Source of the DNA: an uncultured Chloroflexia bacterium
GTDB lineage: Bacteria; Chloroflexota; Limnocylindria; QHBO01
Reading direction: 5' to 3'
Assembly: GCA_963759405.1 (NCBI GenBank)
Contig: CAVWZA010000008.1
Span: 1,722 to 65,721, forward strand
DNA: 64,000 bases
Shown: positions 55,230 to 64,000 of the stretch, one piece after another
Position numbering within the stretch: the stretch's first letter is position 1
Layout: each line of letters opens with the position of its first letter
Translations under genes and position numbers: made by a program
The notes under the pieces: generated by a model
Told to the model about the DNA's origin: nothing
Databases searched by the model: none
Seen by the model: the letters and a program-made list of their open reading frames with translations, nothing else

Positions 55230-55708
55230 TCAGCCGCGGCCGGTGAACCGGCGGATCGCCCGGGCGAGCGGCCCGGGGGCTTGTCCTGGTCATCGTGGAC
55301 CAGGCGCTCGTGGACGCGGCGCCAGGCAAGCTCCTGGCGGATCGCCGTCGCGAGGTCATGCAGCTTCGCCTCGGGCTCGATCGGGATCGCGACCTTGGCG
55401 CCGGAACGCCACTTCTCGACTTCGACCATGGCCTGCTCGTAGGCCTCCTGGGTGATCGCCAGGCTGGCGAGGTCGGCGGAGCGGCCGCTGTTGGCCTTGT
55501 GCATCGCCGCGATCCACGCGTCGCGCGCCGCGACGTAGCGTTCCTCCGCCTCCTCGGTCGAGCGCGGTGCGGGGACCGGCGTGCGCGGGGTGGCGGACGG
55601 GGAAGCCTTTCGCGTGCGGGCCGGTGCCTTCGGCGCCGCCTTTGCCTCTGACGCGTCGACCTTGGGTCGCGCGTCGGGGCGGGAGTCGCTTGCTCGGTGG
55701 ACGCTCAT
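55230..55708 (-). pseudogene. Hypothetical protein with a basic Pro/Ala-rich N-terminus and a helical C-terminus; probable frame break in the C5/G5 run near 55275
   Basis: ORF 55205..55708. A one-base correction gives ...DQDKPPGPLARAIRRFTGRG* with a stop at 55230-55232, which removes the overlap with the convergent response regulator. Confidence 0.45.
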
Positions 55709-56203
55709 ACGCGCGTCCCACGCAGGTCCCGTGCCACGGCGGCCATCTCGGCGCGCAGCAGGCGCGGCCGATCGAGGTCGAGGGTGAAGCCCTCTCCGTC
55801 CCGAAGCGTCAGCAGAAGCCGTTCTCCGGCGAGGGAGGCTTCCACGATATCGGTCAGCTGCACGGTCACGATCACCTGTCCCAGGTGAATGAGTCGGCGC
55901 GACGTGAGGTACAGAGAACCCCCATACCCGAGCGCTCGGTCATCACCGGGTGCACGTAGGATCGCATGCCGACGCAAGCCGTGCACGTTCTCGCCCGGGA
56001 GAAGGTGCGGCGAGGACCAGCTCATCGGCCTCCATGACGGGGACCGGCGAGACGAGGAACATGTCGCGCGCGGCGCTCGCGAGGGCCTCGTCGGCGGCAG
56101 CTCGCTCGACGGCCGTGGCTGCGTCACGCAGCGCGGGACCTTCCTCCGTGGACTCCTCGACGAGATCTGCCGAGGTGTCCCGGTCCCGCTCTGACATGTG
56201 CAT
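55705..56203 (-). pseudogene. Hypothetical protein with an acidic N-terminus and a bPH/GRAM-like C-terminal domain; frame break near 55993
   Basis: MHMSERDRDTSADLVEESTEEGP... in ORF 55943..56203. ...GENVHGLRRHAILRAPGDDRALGYGGSLYLTSRRLIHLGQVIVTVQLTDIVEASLAGERLLLTL in ORF 55705..56364. ATGA overlap with the downstream gene. Confidence 0.45.
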
Positions 56204-56237
56204 GCGCCGCAGTGTATGTCGCCGCGCGGCACCGCCG

Positions 56238-56368
56238 GTATCCGGAGTTGTACGGATCGGAGTACTGAGCGCGACGGTCCGTATCCGGACGTGCCGTTGC
56301 GTAACGGCACCGGTTCGGGTCGGGGTACGGAGTTTTCAATCCGTATCGGGGTCCGTACCTCCACGGAT
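56238..56368. promoter_or_regulatory. Cluster of TCCGTA(Y)/(R)TACGGA sites plus an 8-bp-stem hairpin in the divergent intergenic region upstream of the S8 protease gene
   Basis: GTATCCGGA at 56238 and 56281. GTACGGA at 56250 and 56325. TCCGTAT at 56279 and 56340. TCCGTAC at 56352 and ACGGAT at 56363. TACGGA-N9-TCCGTA at 56326-56346. Hairpin GTGCCGTT-gcgt-AACGGCAC at 56291-56310. Confidence 0.35.
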
Positions 56369-56465
56369 GGTCCTCAGGCGATCGGTTTGCCACAGTGCGC
56401 GAGCACTCATTTGATTGCGTGGCGTTTTGTGCCCGCATCGTGCCTGAGGGGAATTGAGGGAAACA

Positions 56466-57926
56466 ATGTTGCCGGTTGCCCACCGTCGAGCCAGTCGACC
56501 CGCGCTCGTCCTGCTCCAGCTCCTGGTCTTCGTCACCTATATCTTCGGACCCACCGCGACCTTCGCCGAAGACCCGACCCCGGAGCCGACGCCGACCGAA
56601 TCGGTCGCGCCCGAGCCCTCGACAGACCCGACGCCGGAGGCAACACCGGCACCATCTGAGCCGGATCCGACTCCTGCCCCCTCGGAGCCCGATCCGTCCG
56701 TCGCCCCCGACCCGACCGCTTCCCCCGACCCCGATCCGACTCCTGCCCCCTCGGAGCCCGATCAGACCCCCGGCACGCGCCCCTACCTCGTCACCTTCGC
56801 CTCCGGCACCGATGACGCCCGCCAGCTCGAGATCCTCGCGAGCGCGAACGTCACCGATGAGAGCGCCATCCCGCAGCTCAGCATGCGCAGCGTTCTCCTC
56901 CACGAGGCCAGCTACTTCGACGAGCTCTCGGCGCTCAACGCCTTCGCCGAGGTCGTGCGCGTCGATCTCGACCGGACCCGCGCCGTCGAGGCCGCCCCCT
57001 CCGACACCTCCTACGCCGATCAGTGGTCGCTGCCGAAGATCGGCTGGGATCAGCTGTATGGCACCGTCGGCATCGCCGGCACGTCAACCGTCGCCGTCCT
57101 CGATACGGGCGTCGACGCCACCCATCCGGACCTTGATGGTGTCGTCCTACCCGGCACCTCGGTCCTGGATGGGTCGAACGGCCTGAGCGACCCGAACGGC
57201 CACGGCACCTGGATGGCCGGCATCGTCGCGGCCGAGACCGATAACGGCACCGGCATCGCCGGCACCGCCTACGCGGGCGTCTCCGTGCTGCCCGTCACCG
57301 TCCTCGGCGCCGATGGCACCGGCCAGGACAGCGACATCATCGCCGGCGTCGTGTACGCCGCCGATGCGGGCGCCGACGTCATCCTCATGTCCTTCAGCAA
57401 CCCCGGCTTCTCGCCCGCCCTCCAGGCGGCGATCGACTACGCCTGGGCCTCCGGAGCCGTCCTCGTCGCCGCCACCGGCAACGACGGCTCGAGCACTGCA
57501 ACCTTCCCGGCCGGGGACCGCGGCGTCATTGGCGTCGCCTCGACCGATGCCTTCGACGCCCTGGCCGCCTCCTCGAACTACGGAAGCTCCGTGTTCCTGG
57601 CGGCGCCGGGCGTCGATATCGCTACTACCTCTGCTGGGGGGAGCGTCGCGACCATCTCCGGCACCTCGGCTGCTGCCGCCGAGGTCGCCGGAGCCGCGGC
57701 CCTTCTCCTGGCCAACGAGCCCGCCCTCTCGAACGGCGTCGTCGTGTCGCGCCTCGCGCGCACCGCCGATCCGGCCGGCAATCCCGGTGAGACCGGCAAC
57801 GGCCGCCTCAACCTGGCCCGCGCCATGGCCGATGCCTCGACCGATGCGATCCAGCCCGCCGGCGCTGCGCCGGTCGGCGAGCGGCGGCCCGCTCGTCGGT
57901 CCGTACGTGGTGGGGGCTGCCGATGA
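56466..57926 (+). CDS. S8 (subtilisin-like) serine peptidase with signal peptide, Pro/Thr/Glu/Asp-rich region and I9-like propeptide; as-encoded ORF, with a probably artefactual stop
   Basis: ATG 56466 with SD GAGGG. Signal peptide MLPVAHRRASRPALVLLQLLVFVTYIFGPTATFA-ED. Catalytic triad VAVLDTGVD, HGTWMAGIV and SGTSAAAAEVAG. A 30-bp perfect direct repeat (GATCCGACTCCTGCCCCCTCGGAGCCCGAT) occurs twice in the PT-rich region. Confidence 0.9.
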   Translation: MLPVAHRRASRPALVLLQLLVFVTYIFGPTATFAEDPTPEPTPTESVAPEPSTDPTPEATPAPSEPDPTPAPSEPDPSVAPDPTASPDPDPTPAPSEPDQTPGTRPYLVTFASGTDDARQLEILASANVTDESAIPQLSMRSVLLHEASYFDELSALNAFAEVVRVDLDRTRAVEAAPSDTSYADQWSLPKIGWDQLYGTVGIAGTSTVAVLDTGVDATHPDLDGVVLPGTSVLDGSNGLSDPNGHGTWMAGIVAAETDNGTGIAGTAYAGVSVLPVTVLGADGTGQDSDIIAGVVYAADAGADVILMSFSNPGFSPALQAAIDYAWASGAVLVAATGNDGSSTATFPAGDRGVIGVASTDAFDALAASSNYGSSVFLAAPGVDIATTSAGGSVATISGTSAAAAEVAGAAALLLANEPALSNGVVVSRLARTADPAGNPGETGNGRLNLARAMADASTDAIQPAGAAPVGERRPARRSVRGGGCR

Positions 57927-58328
57927 GATCAGCGGGATCGTGAAGAACGACCTGGACAACGACGGCATTGACGACGGCGCAGGGGAGCCCCTGCTTGCTG
58001 GCGTCTCGGTCATCCTCTGGGAGGACCTCGACAACGACGGGGTGTTCGAGCCCACCGGGGCTGATGCGCCATCAATCCGGACCTCGATCAGCTCCGCGCT
58101 TGGCGCCTGGTCCTTCACGACCAATGCGGATTTCAATAACAACAGGCGCTACTTCGTCTCGATCGGCGCAGGTCATACGGCTACCGGCGCCTTCGCGTGC
58201 ACGATTCGGGTCGGTCAGGGACTCAGTCGTCGGGCGTAACTGGTTCAAGTGTCCTGAACATTCGGTTCGGGAACGGAAATCCCAACTGCACCACCGGCAA
58301 GTTCATGGTCCGGACGGCGAACTCGGCG

Positions 58329-59540
58329 CCGACCGACATCGCCCTCAACGACCAGCTCATCGCCGAGAACGCCGGCGCCAATGCCGAGGTCGGCACGCTT
58401 CAGACCACCGATCCGGATGCCGGCGACACGTTCACCTACACCCTGGTCGCCGGCACCGGGACTGCCGACAACGCCGCCTTCAACATCCTCGGCAACAGCC
58501 TGCGCGCCAACGCCTCGTTCAACTTCGAGGCCGACAGCTCCTACACGGTCCGCATCCGGACCACCGATGCCGGCGGCCTGTTCTACGAGGAGGCCTTCAC
58601 GATCACGGTCACCAACGTCAACGAGACGCCGACCGACATCGCCCTGTCGCAACAGCACGATCGCCGAGAACGCCGGCGCCAATGCCGCGGTCGGCACGCT
58701 TCAGCACCACCGATCCGGATGCCGGCGACACGTTCACCTACACCCTGGTCGCCGGCACCGGCGTCGGCCGACAACGCCGCCGTTCAACATCCTCGGCAAC
58801 AGCCTGCGCGCCAACGCCGTCGTTCAACTTCGAGGCCGAAAGCTCCTACACGGTCCGCATCCGGACCACCGATGCCGGCGGCCTGTTCTACGAGAAGGCC
58901 TTCACGATCACGGTCACCAACGTCAACGAGACGCCGACCGACATCGCCCTGACGAACAGCACGATCGCCGAGAACGCCGGCGCCAATGCCGCGGTCGGCA
59001 CCCTCACGCACGACCGATCCCGATGCCGGCGACACGTTCACCTACACCCTGGTCGCCGGCACCGGCTCGACCGACAACGCCGCCTTCAAGATCGTCGGCA
59101 ACGGCCTGCGCGCCAACGCGCTCGTTCAACTTCGAGACCAGATAGCTCCTACACGGTTCGCGTCCGCACGCACCGATGCCGGCGGCCTGTTCTTCGAGGA
59201 GGCCTTCACCATCACGGTCACCAACGTCAACGAGACGCCGACCGACATCGCCCTGTCCAACGAGCAGCGATCGCCGAGAACGCCGGCGCCAACGCCGCGG
59301 TCGGCACACTTCAGACCACCGATCCGGATGCGGGCGACACGTTCACCTACACCCTGGTCGCCGGCACCGGCGTCGACCGACAACGCCGCCTTCAACATCC
59401 TCGGCAACAGCCTGCGCGCCAACGCCTCGTTCGACTTCGAGGCCGAGAACTCCTACACGTCCGCATCCGCACCACCGATGCCGGCGGCCTGTTCTTCGAG
59501 AAGGCCTTCACGATCACGGTCACCAACGTCAACGAGACGC
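58329..59540 (+). repeat. Four tandem near-identical units of about 300 bp (cadherin-like repeats)
   Basis: The anchor CCGACCGACATCGCC recurs at 58329, 58629, 58934 and 59238, with the next unit starting at 59540. Unit lengths are 300, 305, 304 and 302 bp. Confidence 0.9.
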
Positions 59541-62110
59541 CGACCTGCGCCAGTCCGCAGAGCGGCACGACCGCCGAGGATGTCGACCTCAACGACAACC
59601 TGCTGTGCACCGATGTCGACGGCGACAGCCTGACCTACAGCCTGGTGGCCAACGCCGCCAACGGCGACGTGACCGTCAACCCTGACGGCAGCTTCACCTA
59701 TGACCCGAACCTCAACTTCAACGGGTCGGACAGCTTCACCTTCCAGGCCAGCGACGGCAGCCTCGACTCGAACGTCGCCTTCTTCAACATCACCGTCACC
59801 GCCGTGAATGACGCGCCGACCTGCCACCGATCCGAGAGCGGCACCACCGCCGAGGACACGGACCTCGACTGGCAACCTTGGTGTGCACCGACCTCGACGG
59901 CGACAGCCTGACGCTACAGCTGGTGGCCAACGCCGCCAACGGCGACGTCGCCATCAACCCTGACGGCAGCTTCACCTATGACCCGAACCTCAACTTCAAC
60001 GGGTCCGACAGCTTCACCTTCAAGGCCAGCGACGGCACCGCTCGACTCCAACACGGCGACCTACAACGATCACGGTCACCGCGGTCAACGATGCGCCTGT
60101 GGCCAACGACGACGAGGCGACCACCGACGAGGACACCGCGGTCATCATCGACGTCGCTACTCAACGACACCGACGTCGACGGCGACAGCCTGACCATCAC
60201 CGACAACGACCCGACCAGCGTCGAAGGCGGCTCGGTCACGCTGCCTAACGGCACTTGCACCTACACGCCGCCGCCGAACTTCAACGGCGACGACAGCTTC
60301 ACCTACGACATCAGCGACGGCCGGGCGGCACTGCGAGTGCCACGGTCACGATCCATGTCACCGCGGTCAACGACGCGCCGACCTGTGTCGATCGCAGAGC
60401 GGCACCACCGACGAGGATGTCGACGCTCAGCGACAGCGTGGTGTGCACCGACGTCGATGGCGACAGCCTGACCTACGCCTGGAGACCGATGCCAGCAATG
60501 GCAGCGTGACCCTCGACCGCCGACGGCAGCTTCACCTATGACCCGAACCTCAACTTCAACGGGTCCGACAGCTTCACCTTCAGTGCCAACGACGGCACCG
60601 TCGACTCCAACATCGCCACCTACGACATCACGGTCACCGCGGTGAACGACGCGCCGACCTGTGTCGACCGCAGCGCGGCACCACCGACGAGGAGACGACC
60701 TCGAGCGACAGCGTCGTGTGCACCGATGTCGATGGCGACACCCTGTCTACAGCCTGGCAGACCGATGCCGGCAATGGCAGCGTGACCTTCGAACACTGAC
60801 GGCAGCTTCACCTACGACCCGAACCTCGACTTCAACGGGTCCGACAGCTTCACCTTCAGTGCCAACGACGGCACCGTCGACACCAACATCGCCGACCTAC
60901 GACATCACCGTCACCGAGGTCAACGATGCGCCGGTTGCTCGACCGACAGCGGCACCGCCGACGAGGACATCGACCTCGCACGACAGCGTCGTGTGCACCG
61001 ACGTCGATGGCGACACCCTCACCTACGCCGTCGGAGACCGATGCCAACGTCGGCACCGTGGAACGTCGGCCGCTGACGGCACCTACGTACACCCGAACCC
61101 CAACTTCAACGGGTCCGACAGCTTCACCTCCAGTCGCCGAACGACGGCACCGTCAACAGCAACGTCGCCACCTACCGCATCACGGTCACCGCGGTCAACG
61201 ACGCGCCGACCTTGCCGCCGCGACTCGGCACCACCGACGAGGACACGCGAGCCTCACGACAGCGTCGTGTGCACCGACGTCGATGCGCGACACCCTGACC
61301 TACGCCCTGGCCAACCGATGCCAACTGGCACGTGAGCGTCGAACCCTGACGGCACCTTCACCTACGACCCGGACCCCGACTTCAACGGGTCCGACAGCTT
61401 CACCTACCGGCCAACGACGGCACCGTCGACAGCAACGGCGCCGACCTACGACATCGACCGTCGACCAGGTCAACGACGCGCCGGTCGCCGACGACGACAC
61501 GGCCACCGTGGCCGAGGACGACAGCGTCACCCTCGACACCGCGCGCCAACGACAGCGCCGGTCCGGCCGACGAGTCGGCCCAGACCCTGACCGATCACCG
61601 TCGTCAGCGACCCGGCCAACGGCACCGCCGTCATCAGCTCGATGGCCGGTGACCTACACGCCGGACGCCAACTACAACGGCCCCGACAGCTTCAGCTACA
61701 CCGTCCAGACGACGGCACCACCAACGGCGGCCGACCGTCAAGACGCGACACGGCACGTGTCAACGTCACCGTGACCGAGGTCAACGACGCGCCGGTCGGC
61801 CACGACGACAGCACGACCATGGCCGAGGACACGGCGCGGTGACCTTCGACCTCGCTGCCACCAACGACAGCACCGGTCCGGCCAACGAGTCGGGCCAGAC
61901 CCTGACCGTCATCGCCGTCACGCACCCGGCCAACGGCACGGTCGACCATCACCGGCAGCGGCGTCACCTACACCCCGGACGCCAACTACAACGGCCCCGA
62001 CAGCTTCACCTACACGGTCCAGGACAACGGCACCACCAACGGCGCCGACGACTTCAAGACCGACACGGCACGGTCAACGTCACCGTCACCGAGGTCAACG
62101 ACGCGCCGGT
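59540..62110 (+). repeat. About nine tandem units of 275-314 bp (tandem-95/VCBS-type Ig-like repeats)
   Basis: The anchor GA(C/T)GCGCC(G/T) of the VNDAP motif recurs at 59810, 60090, 60372, 60648, 60925, 61200, 61475, 61786 and 62100. The first unit (59540-59815) is in frame over 276 bp, or 92 aa. Confidence 0.85.
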
Positions 62111-63173
62111 TGTGACGGCGCCTGCCAATCAGACGGTTAGCGAGGGAGGCACAGCATCGATCTCGGCGGCCTTCACCGATGTCGAGGTGGCGCGCATACC
62201 TGCCAGGTCAATTGGGGCGAAGGTGCGCCGGTGGCAGGCCTCATCACCCAGAACCCGGGTGGCACGAGCGGCACCTGCACGGCCTCCCACGTGTATGCCG
62301 ATGACAATCCCAGCGGGACGTCGAGCGACAACTACACGGTCAAGCGACGACTGTGACGGGATCAGGGCACCAACGAACAGTGCTCTCGGACCCAGAGCGA
62401 CCGAAGTCCGCGACGGTGACCGTCAACAACACAGCGCACTGACATCACGGCGCCGACGCACGTTCAATCAGCTGTCGGGCAACCTGAATGGGACGGTGAT
62501 GTACACCGACCCAGGTCCCATCGCCACCGAGCACGGATGACCGTCGCGTTCGCATACGCCTGGACAAGACTGTCCGTGGCCGGAGACCGCGAGCGGGTCG
62601 CAGACGAACTCCGTACTCGGATCGTGACCCGAACTCAACCGGTCGCACGACGTGACGGGCGTGCACTCTCGATCCTGGGCGCTACACCATCCAGGTGACG
62701 ATCAGCGTCACCGATGACGACACTGGATCATCCTCTGTGGTCCACAACGTCGGGAGCGGGCCTCGACTTCTATGACGCGCAGCTTCCGGCCGCCGATCAG
62801 GAGGACGAGCGGAACATCGCCAAGTACGGCAATGTCGTGCCGGTCAAGGTGGATCCTGCTGAGCATGTGCTTCCCGGGCACGAACGTCGACGACCAGTGC
62901 CGCTCCACATGACGGTCGTGAAGGGCAACATGACCGGCGATGCGTGACCTCGACGACACGAACGTCGTCGTCGACAACGTGAGCAATGCGGACACCGGCT
63001 CGCAGATGCGGACGGGTCGACAGCATGCTACATGTACAACCTGACGCACGAAGACCGGGTTCGTCGCAGGCCAGGACTACACGATCCGGATCCGCGATGG
63101 AGCTCGATCAATGGACCGATCATCCTGAAGGCGCTGTTCCTGCCCAAGAAGTAGCTCCGAGCCGCTACTAATC

Positions 63174-63205
63174 CCGAAGGGCGGGCCGTATGGTCCGCCC
63201 TTCGG
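63174..63205 (+). terminator. Terminator-like hairpin after the giant gene
   Basis: CCGAAGGGCGG-(gccgtatggt)-CCGCCCTTCGG, an 11-bp perfect stem, 20 nt after the TAG at 63152-63154. Confidence 0.55.
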
Positions 63206-63232
63206 CATTGCCCGGGCGATAGCATCGGCCTG

Positions 63233-64000
63233 ATGGCAATGACCACCCGCGGGCTCGTGTTCGGTGGCGCCGGGCGCCCGCTCGAGATCGAGGACCTGCT
63301 GCTGGACGAGCCGCAGGGCGGCGAGGTGCTGGTCCGGATGGTGGCCTCGGGCGTGTGCCACTCGGACCTCCACGTCGTCGACGGCGAGTGGGATCGGCCG
63401 GCGAACGTCGTGCTCGGCCACGAGGGAGCCGCCATCGTCGAGGCGCTCGGCCCGGACGTGCCAGCCGACTCGCTCCGGGAGGGCGACCTCGTCGTCCTGG
63501 CCTGGACGGCGCCGTGCGGCAGCTGCGCCGCCTGCCAACGGGCCGAACCCTGGCTCTGCACCCAGCCCCGCGGCAGCGGGCATCGGCTTCAGCCCGACGA
63601 CGTCCGGCTGCGCCGAAAGGACGGGACGCCCATCGGTGTCTACTCCGGGATCGGCACCTTCGGCGAGCGCCAGGTGGTCGCGCACGAGGCCGCGATCCCG
63701 ATCGATCCGGGCACGCCACCCGAGCTCGCCGCGCTGATCGGCTGCGCGGTGACGACCGGCTTCGGCGCGGTGGTCAACACGGCCGGCGTCCGGGCGGGGG
63801 AGAGCGTGGTCGTCATCGGTGCCGGAGGCGTCGGGCTGTCGGCCGTCATGGGAGCGCGCTTCGCCGATGCCGGCCCGATCGTGGTCATCGACACGAACCC
63901 CGAGAAGCTCGAGCTGGCGCGGCGCGCCGGCGCCACGCACGCGTTCCAGCCGTCGGAGGCGGACGCCATTCGCGACCTGACCGATGGAGGAGCCGATCAC
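63233..64000 (+). CDS. Zn-dependent alcohol dehydrogenase (class III / mycothiol-dependent formaldehyde dehydrogenase-like); 3' end outside the window
   Basis: My own translation from ATG 63233; this frame is not in the supplied ORF track because it runs off the end. MAMTTRGLVFGG...GEVLVRMVASGVCHSDLHVVDGEW...VLGHEGAAIVEALG...CGSCAAC...VVVIGAGGVGLSAV. Confidence 0.88.
   Translation, partial: MAMTTRGLVFGGAGRPLEIEDLLLDEPQGGEVLVRMVASGVCHSDLHVVDGEWDRPANVVLGHEGAAIVEALGPDVPADSLREGDLVVLAWTAPCGSCAACQRAEPWLCTQPRGSGHRLQPDDVRLRRKDGTPIGVYSGIGTFGERQVVAHEAAIPIDPGTPPELAALIGCAVTTGFGAVVNTAGVRAGESVVVIGAGGVGLSAVMGARFADAGPIVVIDTNPEKLELARRAGATHAFQPSEADAIRDLTDGGADH

Larger units (their letters stand above)
57880..63154 (+). 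pseudogene. Giant adhesin-like repeat region, probably the C-terminal continuation of the S8 peptidase: SdrD-B-like, 4 cadherin-like, about 9 tandem-95/VCBS-like, 2 PKD-like and a PxKF-like end; dozens of frame breaks
   Basis: Coherent domain sequence hops among all three + frames (ORFs 57313..58239, 57968..59911, 58197..58952, ... 62986..63171). GIVKNDLDNDGIDDGAGEPLLAGVSVILWEDLDNDG; NETPTDIAL..IAENAGANAAVGTL.TTDPDAGDTFTYTLVAGTG..DNAAFNI.GN.LRAN..FNFE..SSYTVRIRTTDAGGLF.E.AFTITVTNV. Also VNDAPT...TTAEDVDL...CTDVDGDSLTY.L...A.NG.V....[27 protein letters not shown]...ITVTAV. The end ...NIAKYGNVVPVKV...YMYNL...GQDYTIRI...INGPIILKALFLPKK* stops at 63152-63154. Confidence 0.75.

Overview
A 64-kb, roughly 70% GC, gene-dense chromosomal segment from a high-GC Gram-positive-type bacterium. 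It could be Actinomycetota-like or a high-GC Bacillota such as Thermaerobacter or Symbiobacterium; the sequence alone does not resolve this. Content is mostly housekeeping and metabolic. In order: a TlpA-like/DsbB-like disulfide pair; two SnoaL-like paralogs flanking an 870-bp non-coding gap; a GH63-like glucosidase; an ArsR regulator plus SPPY methyltransferase; metG and tatD; a CIRCE-controlled groES-groEL; a PQQ-type sugar dehydrogenase fused to cell-wall-binding repeats; pcrA, two DinB-like genes and ligA; osmC and a GNAT gene; a hydrolase-MaoC-MFS operon; gatC-gatA followed by about 17.5 kb of mixed metabolic, transport and regulatory genes; a PAS-GGDEF-EAL sensor; gatB; a GT4/amylo-1,6-glucosidase/IMPase cluster; a NarL-type two-component system; an S8 protease followed by about 5.3 kb of cadherin-like, tandem-95-like and PKD-like repeats; and a partial Zn-ADH. 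I found no rRNA, tRNA, CRISPR array, transposase, integrase, phage gene or recognisable defence system. Major caveat: about half of the genes, including groEL, metG and gatA, carry 1-3 reading-frame breaks, and two repeat-rich extracellular genes carry dozens. Between breaks the peptide sequence looks healthy, and in the places I could compare directly the breaks are single-base insertions. I therefore suspect consensus errors rather than decay, but cannot prove it. Frame-broken genes are given as full reconstructed spans and typed pseudogene. Items I consider most worth follow-up: (1) two covarying copies of a three-stem hairpin module in a densely structured non-coding region at 2060-2500; (2) a four-copy palindrome array between a dinB-like gene and ligA, with a possibly related copy near 39970; (3) the S8 protease plus giant adhesin-like locus and the TCCGTA/TACGGA site cluster upstream of it. 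All family assignments come from motif recognition by eye; no database search was run.
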